Assembly (NCBI GenBank): GCA_965223415.1
Contig: OZ245002.1
Coordinates: forward strand, 2,080,001 to 2,144,000
DNA from: Myxococcota bacterium
GTDB lineage: Bacteria; Myxococcota_A; UBA9160; UBA6930
Reading direction: 5' to 3'
DNA: 64,000 nucleotides
A model generated the notes under the pieces. The model ran no database searches, had not been told where the DNA came from, and saw only the letters and a list, made by a program, of their open reading frames with translations. A program made the translations under genes and the position numbers. Every line of letters starts with the position of its first letter. The first letter of the stretch is position 1. Below, piece after piece: positions 48,972 through 58,764 of this stretch.

Positions 48972-49712
48972 TTGGGTACCGAGCTCTACGTCTCGACTTC
49001 CGGCGCGGTCTCGCGCTTCCAGCAGCTCGAGATCGTCGCCAACAACCTCGCCAACGTGGACACGCTCGGCTACAAGGCCGATCGTCCACAGTTCCAGGCG
49101 GCGCTCCAGAGCCAGATCCGCGACGTGGACGGCGAGATCGCGGCGGGGAGTCCGGCTCGCGCCTTCGTGCAGACGGCCGGCGTCGTCACCGACCACGGCC
49201 TCGGCAACGTGGTGCGCACGGGCCGCCGGCTCGACGCGGCGATCGAAGGCCCCGGCTTCTACGTGATCGATACGGACGCCGGCGCCCGCTACACCCGCGC
49301 CGGATCGTTCATCGCAGATGCCAGCGGCGCCCTCACCACCCTCGACGGGCGCCCGGTGCTGGGCGACGGCGGGCCGATCCAGGTGGGCGATCGCGCCGCG
49401 GAGATCCGCGCCAGCGGCGAGGTGGTGGACGCCCAGGGGGAGGTACTGGGTCGCCTGCGCCTCGAGGCCTTCGAGGATCCGCGCATGCTGGAGAAGGAAG
49501 GCACGAACCTCTTCCGGGCGCCGCCCGAGGCCGTGGGCTTTCCGGTTGATGCGGTGCGCGTCCTGCCCGGCTCCGTGGAGCGCTCGAACGTCCGGGCCAT
49601 CGAGGAGCTCGCCACGATGATGATCCTGCAGAGGGAGTTCGACGCCAGCATGCAGGTGCTGCGTGCCGACGACAACGCCACCGACCAGCTCATCCGGGAG
49701 TTCTCGCAATGA
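48972..49712 (+). CDS. flgF: flagellar basal-body rod protein FlgF
   Basis: GGAGG plus TTG; ANNLAN, YTRAG, ERSNV. Confidence 0.88.
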   Translation: MGTELYVSTSGAVSRFQQLEIVANNLANVDTLGYKADRPQFQAALQSQIRDVDGEIAAGSPARAFVQTAGVVTDHGLGNVVRTGRRLDAAIEGPGFYVIDTDAGARYTRAGSFIADASGALTTLDGRPVLGDGGPIQVGDRAAEIRASGEVVDAQGEVLGRLRLEAFEDPRMLEKEGTNLFRAPPEAVGFPVDAVRVLPGSVERSNVRAIEELATMMILQREFDASMQVLRADDNATDQLIREFSQ

Positions 49713-50488
49713 GGGCCTTGTTCACGGCGGCGACCGGCATGGACGCCCAGCAGCTCCGCATCGACACGATCGCCAACAACCTGGCGAACGTCTCGACAAC
49801 CGGCTTCAAGAAGACCCGGGCCGAGTTCCAGGATCTCTTCTACGAGACCCTGGCTGCGCCCGGCGCTCAGACGGCCGACGGAACGACGCTTCCGACCGGA
49901 GCCCAGGTGGGCCACGGCGTGAAGCTCGGCGGCATGAACCGGGTCTTCACCCAGGGCACGCGCAGCAACACGGGCAGGGACTTCGACCTCGCCATCGACG
50001 GCGACGGCTTCTTCCAGATCGCGGACACCGGCGGTGAGATCCTCTACACCCGCGACGGTTCCTTCCACCTGGACCAGGACGGCAACCTGGTGAACGACCA
50101 GGGCAACCTGCTCGACCCGAACATCCAGGTGCCGATCGACGCGATCCAGGTGACCGTGCTCCAGGACGGCACCGTGTCGGCCCTGATCGCCGGCCAGACC
50201 GCGCCCCAGACCCTGGGGCAGCTGGAGATCGCGCGCTTCGCGAACCCGTCGGGCCTGCGCGCCTTGGGCGGCAACCTCTTCGTCCCCAGCGAGGCGTCCG
50301 GTGACGCGGAGACCGGCACACCGGGCGACACCGGCTACGGGACCCTTGCTCAGGGCTTCCTCGAGTCCTCGAACGTCAACATGGCCGAAGAGCTGGTGAA
50401 GATGATCCTGGCCCAACGGGCCTTCGAGGTGAACAGCCGGGTGATCCGGGCCGGGGACGAGATGCTCCAGGCGGCGGCGAACCTGTGA
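49709..50488 (+). CDS. flgG: flagellar distal rod protein FlgG
   Basis: ANNLANVSTTGFK, FQDLFY, YTRDG, LESSNV. Confidence 0.93.
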   Translation: MRALFTAATGMDAQQLRIDTIANNLANVSTTGFKKTRAEFQDLFYETLAAPGAQTADGTTLPTGAQVGHGVKLGGMNRVFTQGTRSNTGRDFDLAIDGDGFFQIADTGGEILYTRDGSFHLDQDGNLVNDQGNLLDPNIQVPIDAIQVTVLQDGTVSALIAGQTAPQTLGQLEIARFANPSGLRALGGNLFVPSEASGDAETGTPGDTGYGTLAQGFLESSNVNMAEELVKMILAQRAFEVNSRVIRAGDEMLQAAANL

Positions 50489-51189
50489 TGCGCCGTCTAC
50501 CGCTGGCTCTGGGCCTGGTGCTGGTCCTCCTGCAGGTGGCCCACGCGACGCCCTCGGCCTCGCCCTTCGGGCTGCGGGAGGCGATCGTCGCCTATCTGGA
50601 GGACCGCTCGCCGCTTCCGCCACGTAGCATCGAGGTGCCGCCGCTCGCGGACTTTGCCCTGGCCGGAATCGCCCCGAAGGACGTGCGCGTCGACGTGCGC
50701 GCCCATCCGAGGGCGCCCCGGATCGGGCGGGTGCCGGTGACGGTCACCCTGGCCGTCGGCGGGAAGATCCTGCGGCGCGGCGTGGTCAACGCCCGGGTGA
50801 ACGCGGACGTGCCGGTCGTGGTCGCTGCAGGCCCCGTGCAGCGGGGAGACACGATCGAGGCCGCCGACCTGAAGATCGAGGAGCGCGACGTCTCCGAGCT
50901 TCGCACCGGCTGGATCGACGATCCTGCGCAGCTGATCGGCCGCCGCGCCCGGCGCACGGTGGCGCCGGGGGCGCTCTGGCTGCGGGGCTGGGCCGAGATC
51001 CCGCCGCTGGTCAAGCGCGGAGAGCTGGTGCGACTGCGCCTGCGCCACGGTCCCCTGGCCATCGAGGGCAAGGGCGTCGTGCGCAAGGACGGCCATGCCG
51101 GCGAGTGGGTCCGGGTCGTGAACGCCGATTCCAAGCGCGAGCTGCTCGGCCGCGTCGAGCCCGACGGAGCCATCCATGTCGAGTTCTAG
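50485..51189 (+). CDS. flgA: P-ring chaperone FlgA
   Basis: Signal peptide; SAF domain; LVKRG...VVNADSKR. Confidence 0.85.
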   Translation: MMRRLPLALGLVLVLLQVAHATPSASPFGLREAIVAYLEDRSPLPPRSIEVPPLADFALAGIAPKDVRVDVRAHPRAPRIGRVPVTVTLAVGGKILRRGVVNARVNADVPVVVAAGPVQRGDTIEAADLKIEERDVSELRTGWIDDPAQLIGRRARRTVAPGALWLRGWAEIPPLVKRGELVRLRLRHGPLAIEGKGVVRKDGHAGEWVRVVNADSKRELLGRVEPDGAIHVEF

Positions 51190-51931
51190 GCACCGAGGCT
51201 GGCTGTTGGCAGCGCTCCTCCTGGCGCTCGCCCAGACCGGCTGCATCGAGAGCTCGCTTCGCGAAATCGCCACGCCGCGCCGCTACCCGGCGCCGCCCCA
51301 GACCCCGACGGCCCCGCCCACCGAGGGCGCGATCTGGAGCGGCGGCACCGCTGGTGGCTCCTTCCTCTACTTCGACCGCAAGGCGCGGGGCGTCGGCGAC
51401 CTGGTGACCGTGCTGGTGGCCGAAAGCCCGCGCGCCACCGGCAGCGCCAACACCCAGCTCGACCACACGACCACCTACGACGCCACGCTTACCTCGGACA
51501 TCGGCTTCACGACCCTGCTCCAGGAAGGAGCCGCGCAGCTCTTCAACCTGGTCGGTGTGGACGGAGGAGGGACGGCGGCACCCGGGGAGGCCGTGAACGT
51601 CATCAGCGGCACCGGCGGCAGCCAGTTCGACGGGGACGGCCAGACCGCACGGAGCGGACAGTTCACCGCCATCGTCACCTGTCGAGTGGTCGACGTCCTG
51701 CCCGGCGGGATCTTCCACGTCTTCGGGCAGCGCCAGATCGTCGTGAACCACGATCTCCAGTGGATCACGGTCGAAGGGCTGGTCCGCCGGGAAGACATCA
51801 GCATCGACAACACCGTGCGTTCCTCGGTACTGGCGGACGCCAAGCTCACCTACGACGGCATCGGCGTGATCGACGACAAGCAGCGGCCGCCGCTGGTCTC
51901 GAGGCTCATCAACTGGGTGTATCCTTTCTGA
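51176..51931 (+). CDS. flgH: L-ring lipoprotein FlgH
   Basis: Lipobox TGC; DRKARGVGD; GLVRREDI..DN. Confidence 0.9.
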   Translation: MSSSRHRGWLLAALLLALAQTGCIESSLREIATPRRYPAPPQTPTAPPTEGAIWSGGTAGGSFLYFDRKARGVGDLVTVLVAESPRATGSANTQLDHTTTYDATLTSDIGFTTLLQEGAAQLFNLVGVDGGGTAAPGEAVNVISGTGGSQFDGDGQTARSGQFTAIVTCRVVDVLPGGIFHVFGQRQIVVNHDLQWITVEGLVRREDISIDNTVRSSVLADAKLTYDGIGVIDDKQRPPLVSRLINWVYPF

Positions 51932-53025
51932 TGCTGCGCTCCTTCGCCGTTCTCGCGCTCTCGGTCTTGCTCGCCGGGCCCAGCGTGGCCGTGCGCCTGA
52001 AGGACATCGCTTCGATCCAGGGTGTCCGTGCGAACCAGCTGACGGGCTACGGCCTCGTCGTGGGCCTGAAGGGCACCGGCGACAAGAGCGGTACCGAGTT
52101 CACCGTGCGTTCCCTGGCCAGCGTGCTGGCGCGCATGGGCATCGGGGTCGACGCGGACCAGATCCAGGTGAAGAACGTGGCGGCGGTGGTGGTGACCGCT
52201 GCGCTGCCGCCCTTCGCCCGGGCCGGCTCGCGCATCGACTCGACGGTCTCGTCCCTCGGTGACGCCACCAGCCTCGAAGGCGGCACCCTCGTGATGACGC
52301 CGCTCTTCGGCGCCGACGGCCAGGTGTACGCGATCGCTCAGGGCGCCGTCTCGGTCGGGGGCTTCTCGGCCGGCGGAGGCGGGGGCTCCTCCGTCGCGAA
52401 GAACCACACGACGGTGGGGCGCCTGGCCGGCGGCGCCACCGTGGAGCGGGAGCTCGCCTACGAGATCGACCGCAAGGACGCCTTCGACGTGGCGCTGGCG
52501 GAGGTCGACTTCACCACGGCCCGTCGCATCGCGCGGGTGATCAACCGGGAGCTGGGCGAGGACGTGGCGATCGCCCCGGATCCGGGGACCATCCGCGTCC
52601 GCGTCCCGACCCACTACCGCTCCGATGTGGTCGGCTTCCTGGCCGCCGTCGAGGCGATCGAGATCGAGCCGGATCGCGCTGCGAGGGTGGTACTGAACGA
52701 GCGCACCGGCACGGTGGTGATGGGCCAGAACGTCACGATCTCGACGGTCGCCATTTCCCACGGGTCCCTGTCGGTCACGATCCGTATCGACAACGACGTC
52801 TCGCAGCCGCTCCCCTTCTCGGAGGGGGTGACGACGCCGGTGACGAACGACGAGATCACCGCCGTCGAGGAGGAGGCGACGCTCACGGTGGTGCAGGGAC
52901 CTGTGACCATCGACGAGCTGGTACGCGGGCTGAACGCCATGGGTGTGACGCCCCGCGACCTCATCTCGATCCTCCAGGCTATCAAGGCCGCCGGCGCGCT
53001 TTCCGCCGAGATCGAGGTGATGTGA
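51931..53025 (+). CDS. flgI: P-ring protein FlgI
   Basis: RLKDI, NQLTGYGLVVGL, GDATSLEGG, ERTGTVV. Confidence 0.93.
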   Translation: MLRSFAVLALSVLLAGPSVAVRLKDIASIQGVRANQLTGYGLVVGLKGTGDKSGTEFTVRSLASVLARMGIGVDADQIQVKNVAAVVVTAALPPFARAGSRIDSTVSSLGDATSLEGGTLVMTPLFGADGQVYAIAQGAVSVGGFSAGGGGGSSVAKNHTTVGRLAGGATVERELAYEIDRKDAFDVALAEVDFTTARRIARVINRELGEDVAIAPDPGTIRVRVPTHYRSDVVGFLAAVEAIEIEPDRAARVVLNERTGTVVMGQNVTISTVAISHGSLSVTIRIDNDVSQPLPFSEGVTTPVTNDEITAVEEEATLTVVQGPVTIDELVRGLNAMGVTPRDLISILQAIKAAGALSAEIEVM

Positions 53026-53306
53026 TGGATCCGGCGGGTCTCGAGGCGCTGCGCGCCCTCGGCGGGCAGGTCGAGCGGGGTGGTGCGGAAGCGCGGCGAC
53101 AGGTGGCGCGGGAGTTCGAAGCGCTGCTGGTCGGTGAGATGATGAAGCAGGCGACGCGCCCGACCCTGGGCGACACGCCGCTCTCCGGCGGCTCCGCCGC
53201 GCGCATGTGGCAGGAGATGTTCCTCGACCAGGTCGTTCGCAGCGGCGCCGGCCGCTTCGGCCTGGCCGAGGCCGTCGAGCGGGAGCTCGAAGGGGCGAAG
53301 AAGTGA
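53025..53306 (+). CDS. flgJ: FlgJ, rod-binding domain only
   Basis: AREFEALLV..MMK...GLAE; no muramidase domain. Confidence 0.8.
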   Translation: MDPAGLEALRALGGQVERGGAEARRQVAREFEALLVGEMMKQATRPTLGDTPLSGGSAARMWQEMFLDQVVRSGAGRFGLAEAVERELEGAKK

Positions 53307-53803
53307 CGACCGAGCGGCTCACCGCACTCACTTCCGTGCTCGACGCCGAGGAAACGCTCTATGTCGAGCTCAGGGATCTGCTCCAGCGCGAGCACGGGTT
53401 GATGGTCACCCTCGACGCCGAAGGCCTCGAGGAGGTGGCGCGGCGCAAGGAAGAGCTGGCGGACGAAGGCCGACTGGTCGAAGAGACGAGGATGTTCCTC
53501 TGTCACGAGCTGGCTGCCGCACTCGGCATGGCCGACGCCCGCCCCCGCCTCTCCGGCATCTGCGAGCGCCTCGGCCCGGAAGGCCGGGCGCTGCGCGAGG
53601 CCCACACCCGACTGGTGGTGCTGGTCAGTGTGGTCCGCGAGCTGATGGACGCCAACAACGCGCTGGCGGGCGACGCGCTCTCCCAGGTGCGCGGAACGCT
53701 CCGCATGCTGGGCGGGCTCGTCCCCGGTGAGATCACCTACGAGGGCTCCGGGCCGGTACACGCCGGGCTCGGGGTCGGCCAGCTCGTGCGAAGGACCGCC
53801 TAG
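53303..53803 (+). CDS. flgN: export chaperone FlgN
   Basis: Helical; located just before flgK; C-terminal TY...G motif. Confidence 0.75.
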   Translation: MTTERLTALTSVLDAEETLYVELRDLLQREHGLMVTLDAEGLEEVARRKEELADEGRLVEETRMFLCHELAAALGMADARPRLSGICERLGPEGRALREAHTRLVVLVSVVRELMDANNALAGDALSQVRGTLRMLGGLVPGEITYEGSGPVHAGLGVGQLVRRTA

Positions 53804-53811
53804 GAGCCATC

Positions 53812-55260
53812 ATGACCGGAATCTTCGGCGCCCTCGACATCGCCCGGAAGGGCCTCATCGTCACCCAGGCGGGTGTTCGCGTGGCCGGTCACAACATCGC
53901 CAACGCGAACACGCCGGGCTTCACCCAGCAGCGCGGGCTCCAGGCCGCCGATGCACCCATCCGCACCTCCGTCGGCCTCCAGGGCACGGGCGTGCGCTCC
54001 TTCGGTGTCGAGCGCATCACCGATCCCTTCGTGCAGGCCCAGCTGATTCGCCAGCAGGGCGCGACGGCCTCGGCCCAGGCCCAGTCCGGCGTGCTCTCCC
54101 TGGTGGAGGAGATCCTGAACGAGCAGGACACCGGCGGCATCACCGCCGCCCTTGGCCAGTTCTACGACGCCCTCGACGATCTGGCGACCAGCGCCACGCC
54201 CGGTGCGCCGGCCGAGCGGTCGGCCCTCGTGGCTTCGGCCCAGGCGGTGGTGGACACGCTCCACGTCACCGACGGACGCATCCGCGACGTGATGGCCTCC
54301 ACCAACGACGCCATCGAGGGGGTCATCCCGCGGGTGAACGACATCCTGAGCCACATCAACACCCTGAACGGGGAGATCAACCGCATCGAGGTCGACGCCT
54401 CGAGCCAGGCCAACGACCTCCGCGACCAGCGCGATGCGCTGCTCCGCGAGCTCGCGGGCGTCATGGACATCACCCACTACGAGAACGACGACGGCGCCGT
54501 CGTCGTGGGCCTCACCAGCGGTGCCGCCCTCGTCGAGGGCGGGCGTGCCCGCTCTCTTGGCCTGGCCGTGGACCCCGCCAACCCGTTCAACACCGGCTAC
54601 TTCCGGATCGATCTCATCGACCAGTCGGCGGTGCGGGACATCACGGCGGAGATCGGTGCCGGCGAGCTGGGTGGCCTGCTCCGCTCCCGCGACACCATCC
54701 TGCCCGCCGCCGTGCGCTCCCTCGATACCGTCGCCTACAACCTGGTGGCGAGCGTGAACACGGTGCATGGAGCCGGCCAAGGCCTGACCGGCGTCACCGG
54801 CGACTTCTTCACTGCGCTGCCGGTGGTGGAGGATGCTGCCCGCGACGTCGGCATCGCGGCGAACATCCTCGCCAACCCGGACGACATCGCGGCAGGCCTG
54901 ACGTCCGCCGCCGGCGACAACCAGAACGCCCTGGCCCTGGCCGCGCTCCGCGACCAGAAGGCGCCTCTCTTCCTGCCCGGTGACCCGCCCGGCCCCGCCA
55001 GCGGCCCGACCCGGAGCGTCACCGAGCACGCCGTGGCGGTGGCGGTCGACGTCGGCCAGCAGGCCCAGAGCATGGCGTCCTCGCTGACCCAGCAGGAGAA
55101 GATCATCGAGAGCCTCGAGAACCGGCGCGAGGAGGTCTCCGGCGTCTCGATCGACGAGCAGGTGACCGACCTGATCAAGCTCCAGGCCGCGTTCCAGGCG
55201 AACTCACGGGTGATCGGCGTGGTCGAGAGGCTGCTCGACGACCTGGTCAACATCCTCTAG
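53812..55260 (+). CDS. flgK: hook-associated protein FlgK
   Basis: HNIANANTPG, GTGV, SGVSIDE. Confidence 0.92.
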   Translation: MTGIFGALDIARKGLIVTQAGVRVAGHNIANANTPGFTQQRGLQAADAPIRTSVGLQGTGVRSFGVERITDPFVQAQLIRQQGATASAQAQSGVLSLVEEILNEQDTGGITAALGQFYDALDDLATSATPGAPAERSALVASAQAVVDTLHVTDGRIRDVMASTNDAIEGVIPRVNDILSHINTLNGEINRIEVDASSQANDLRDQRDALLRELAGVMDITHYENDDGAVVVGLTSGAALVEGGRARSLGLAVDPANPFNTGYFRIDLIDQSAVRDITAEIGAGELGGLLRSRDTILPAAVRSLDTVAYNLVASVNTVHGAGQGLTGVTGDFFTALPVVEDAARDVGIAANILANPDDIAAGLTSAAGDNQNALALAALRDQKAPLFLPGDPPGPASGPTRSVTEHAVAVAVDVGQQAQSMASSLTQQEKIIESLENRREEVSGVSIDEQVTDLIKLQAAFQANSRVIGVVERLLDDLVNIL

Positions 55261-55272
55261 CGGGAGGCGGCG

Positions 55273-56217
55273 ATGCGCGTCACCCAATCGATGATCATCC
55301 GGTCCGCGCTCGAGGACTTGAACCGCGCGCGCCTGCGCCTGGCCCGGACCCAGGAGCAGGCCGCCAGCGGCCTGCGCATCAACCGGCCTTCGGACGATCC
55401 GGTCGGCGCCTCCGCCGCGATGCTGCTCAAGTCCGGGATCGACGCCACCCGCCAGTACCAGCGCAACATCACCCAGACGCGCACACGGCTCGCCGCCGGC
55501 GAGAATGCCATCGCCAACGCGACGGATCTCCTGATCCGCGCCAAGGAGCTGGCGATCCAGGGCGTGAACGGCACCCAGAACGCCGCGTCGCGGGCCCAGC
55601 TCGCCAAGGAGATCGAGGGCCTGCACGCGAGCCTGCTCGCCGAGGGCAACAGCCGCATCGCGGGGGGCTCGCTCTTCGGCGGCTTCGCTTCGGACACGGC
55701 GCCCTTCGTCGCGTCCGGGGCCTTCGTCGACCTGCCGCCCTCCTCGCCGACGGTCACCTTCGCTGGCGACCGCAACGAGGTGCAGGTCCAGATCGACGAG
55801 GCGGTGCGGGCGACCGCGACCCTGAACGGCCAGCGGGTCTTCATGGGCGACGCCAACGGCGACGGCCTCGTCGACGCCGGGCGCGAGGACGTCTTCCAGC
55901 TCCTGGCCGATCTCCGCGACGGGCTCATCACCGACAACGTCGCCCAGATCAACGGGGCGCTGCCGCGCCTCGACACGGCCCTGGGCCAGCTCTCGGTGGA
56001 GCGGACGCGCTTCGGCGCCGCGCTGAACCAGCTCGACACCTTCGAAGAGCGCCTCGAGGATCGCTTCGTCGACCTCACGACGCGCCTCTCCGACACCCAA
56101 GACGCCGACGCCGTCAAGGTGTTCTCCGACCTCGCCAGCCAGGAGGTGGCGCTGCAGGCCTCCCTCCAGGCCAACGCCCGCCTGATCCAGCCGACGTTGC
56201 TGGACTTCATCGCCTAA
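55273..56217 (+). CDS. flgL: hook-associated protein FlgL
   Basis: MRVT, SGLRINRPSDDP, TLLDFI. Confidence 0.92.
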   Translation: MRVTQSMIIRSALEDLNRARLRLARTQEQAASGLRINRPSDDPVGASAAMLLKSGIDATRQYQRNITQTRTRLAAGENAIANATDLLIRAKELAIQGVNGTQNAASRAQLAKEIEGLHASLLAEGNSRIAGGSLFGGFASDTAPFVASGAFVDLPPSSPTVTFAGDRNEVQVQIDEAVRATATLNGQRVFMGDANGDGLVDAGREDVFQLLADLRDGLITDNVAQINGALPRLDTALGQLSVERTRFGAALNQLDTFEERLEDRFVDLTTRLSDTQDADAVKVFSDLASQEVALQASLQANARLIQPTLLDFIA

Positions 56218-56219
56218 CG

Positions 56220-56462
56220 GTGCTCGTCCTCACCCGCCGCGCCGGCGAGAGCGTGCGCATCGGATCGGAGATCCGGGTCACCGTGCTCAGCGCGGCCGGT
56301 GGCCAGATGCGCATCGGCATCGAGGCCCCGGGCCGTGTGGCCGTGCATCGCGAGGAGGTCTTCGACCGCATCGTAGCCGCTAACGTCGAGGCGGCGTCGG
56401 TGGCGCCGTCGGAGCTGGAGCGCTGGCTGCCGAAGACGAAGACGAGCGGGGAGGGGAAGTGA
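56220..56462 (+). CDS. csrA: carbon storage regulator CsrA
   Basis: MLVLTRR.GE...IGIEAP...VHREE, with C-terminal extension. Confidence 0.92.
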   Translation: MLVLTRRAGESVRIGSEIRVTVLSAAGGQMRIGIEAPGRVAVHREEVFDRIVAANVEAASVAPSELERWLPKTKTSGEGK

Positions 56463-56902
56463 GCGGAGCCGAGACCGTCGCGATCGATCACGAGCGCTTC
56501 GGGCGCGTCGAGGTGCCGGCACCGGACGTGCTGCTCTTCGACGGCCTGCCCGGCTTCGCCGACGCGCGCCGCTTCGCCCTGCTGCGCCACGATCGCGAAT
56601 CCGCCTTCCTCTGGCTCGTCTCCCTCGACCGCCCGGAGCTGGCCTTCGTGGTCACCGACCCCTGCCAGTTCTTCCCGGACTACGCGCCCAGGCTGAGCAG
56701 GCCCCAGCTCGGCGCCGTCGAGGCCGAGAGCCCCGAGGTTGTCGAGCTCTACGCCATCGCGACCATCCGCGAAGGCTCGACCAGCCTGAACCTGGCGGCG
56801 CCGGTGCTCGTGCACGCCGCGGCCGGCCGCGGGGCCCAGGTGATCCTGGACCAGAGCGAGCGCGGGACGCGGGAGCCGCTGCCGGAGCCGCTGGAGAACT
56901 GA
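56459..56902 (+). CDS. fliW: flagellar assembly factor FliW
   Basis: GLPGF, FVVTDP..FFPDY, NLAAPV, QVIL. Confidence 0.9.
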   Translation: MSGAETVAIDHERFGRVEVPAPDVLLFDGLPGFADARRFALLRHDRESAFLWLVSLDRPELAFVVTDPCQFFPDYAPRLSRPQLGAVEAESPEVVELYAIATIREGSTSLNLAAPVLVHAAAGRGAQVILDQSERGTREPLPEPLEN

Positions 56903-56950
56903 GCCCCGCGCGATCGGACCTCGGAACGTCCGCGTTGATATCCTGTCGGG

Positions 56951-57451
56951 ATGGCTTCCGACCTCCTCACGGTCAGCGAGATCGCAGTCGCATTCGTCGG
57001 CTTTGCAAGCATCGTCGTGCTCTTCAGACGGTCCGGGACCGGGCGCTGGAAGCGTGAGGACGCCTACGGGTTCCGAGACATGGTCTCGTTGACACTCGGC
57101 GTGGCGGCCTGGGCCGCCCTCCCCTTCTTCGTCTCCCAGTTCACCGAGCTCCGCGAGGCCTGGCGGGTGCTGTGTGGCCTCTTCGGGTTTACCCACCTCT
57201 TCGTTACGGCACGGGGTGTGGTCGCTCGATTCCGGTCGTGGGGGAAGGGCCCGATCTGGCGCGCCGCATCGGTCAGCATCCTCAGCCACTTTGCGATCGC
57301 GGGCGTTCTGATCCTGGCCGCTCTCGGCGTCCTGGGGTCAGCCGCCGGGATCTACGCAGGAGCCATTGCCCTTCTGCTGCTGAATGCGGGTCTCTGGTTC
57401 CTCCAGCTGGTCGCCGTACGCGAAGACCAGCTGGAGGATGCTGGCGGGTAG
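56951..57451 (+). CDS. multi-pass hypothetical membrane protein
   Basis: LLTVSEIAVAFVGF motif shared with 1517..2047. Confidence 0.7.
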   Translation: MASDLLTVSEIAVAFVGFASIVVLFRRSGTGRWKREDAYGFRDMVSLTLGVAAWAALPFFVSQFTELREAWRVLCGLFGFTHLFVTARGVVARFRSWGKGPIWRAASVSILSHFAIAGVLILAALGVLGSAAGIYAGAIALLLLNAGLWFLQLVAVREDQLEDAGG

Positions 57452-57549
57452 GTCAGGTCCTCGAACTCCGAGAGTCCGGCCTTCCCGAGGCTCCGGAATC
57501 AGGGTTCCACGTTGCCAGCAAGTCCGTGGGGTTCGTGAGATAGCCTCTA

Positions 57550-58761
57550 GTGTCCTGTTTCGGAAAAAAATACGCAAAATAGTGCGAACTCCCAACGTGC
57601 AGGGGGCATCTTACCGGCATCACGTTGGGGGGACGTATGGCGAATCGTGGCCGGCCCAAGACGCCGATTGTGCTGACGGATGCGGAGCGAGAAGAGCTCC
57701 AGACGCACGCCAGAAGGCGGAAGAGCGCGCATCAGTTGGCCTACCGCTCGCGCATTGTATTGCTCGCAGAGCAGGGGCTGACGAATGGGGAAATCGCGGA
57801 ACGCGTAGGCAAGCGACGAGAGACCGTCGGGATCTGGCGCAAGCGCTTCGTCGAAAAGCGGATCGCTGGGCTCTACGACGAGCCCAAGCCGGGAGCGCCC
57901 CGGACGGTGACCGACGAGCAGGTCGATGAGGTCGTGCGCTTGACGCTAGAGGAAACGCCCACGGGAGCGACGCACTGGTCCGTTCGCCTGATGGCGAAGC
58001 GGGTAGGCCTCCCGACGACGACGGTTCATCGCATCTGGCGAGCATTCAGCCTCCAGCCGCACCGAGTCGAGCGCTTCCGGCTCTCCAACGATCCCCATTT
58101 TGTGGACAAGGTGGTGGATATCGTCGGCCTGTACATGTCTCCGCCGGCGAACGCGGTCGTCCTCTGCGTCGACGAGAAATCGCAGATCCAAGCGCTGGAA
58201 CGGAACCAGCCTGTCTTGCCGATGCAACCGGGCCGGGCGGAGCAGCGCACACACGGATACCTACGCCATGGCACGACGACACTCTTTGCCGCACTCAACA
58301 TCGCAACGGGCGAAGTGATCGGATCCCTCCATCGCCGGCACCGCACGGAGGAGTTCCTGAAGTTCCTCAGGACGATCGACGACAACGTACCCGCCGAACT
58401 CGACATCCATCTCGTGCTCGACAACTACACCACGCACAAGACGAAGCGAACTCGGAGCTGGCTCGCGCGCCACCCTCGTTTCCACGTGCACTTCACCCCG
58501 ACGTACAGCTCATGGCTGAATCAGGTCGAGCGGTTCTTTGCACTCATCACCGAGCGTTGCATCCGTCGCGGCGTGCATCGCAGCACGAGGGCGCTCGAGA
58601 ACGACATCCGGAGCTTCCTGAAGACGACGAACGACGATCCGAGACCCTTCGTCTGGACCAAGACCGCGGATCAGATCCTCGCGAGTGTGCGGCGCTACTG
58701 TGGTCGCGTCCTCGACGTCCACTCCGATTCTAATCGAGTGGTTTCTTCTGGAACAGGACAC
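57550..58761 (+). mobile_element. IS630-family insertion sequence
   Basis: Terminal IRs GTGTCCTGTT(T/C)C(G/A)GAA; flanking TA duplication in CTAG (57547-57550 and 58761-58764). Confidence 0.92.
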
Positions 58762-58764
58762 TAG
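57637..58764 (+). CDS. IS630-family DDE transposase
   Basis: HTH (GATHWS), [30 protein letters not shown]; single intact frame. Confidence 0.95.
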   Translation: MANRGRPKTPIVLTDAEREELQTHARRRKSAHQLAYRSRIVLLAEQGLTNGEIAERVGKRRETVGIWRKRFVEKRIAGLYDEPKPGAPRTVTDEQVDEVVRLTLEETPTGATHWSVRLMAKRVGLPTTTVHRIWRAFSLQPHRVERFRLSNDPHFVDKVVDIVGLYMSPPANAVVLCVDEKSQIQALERNQPVLPMQPGRAEQRTHGYLRHGTTTLFAALNIATGEVIGSLHRRHRTEEFLKFLRTIDDNVPAELDIHLVLDNYTTHKTKRTRSWLARHPRFHVHFTPTYSSWLNQVERFFALITERCIRRGVHRSTRALENDIRSFLKTTNDDPRPFVWTKTADQILASVRRYCGRVLDVHSDSNRVVSSGTGH

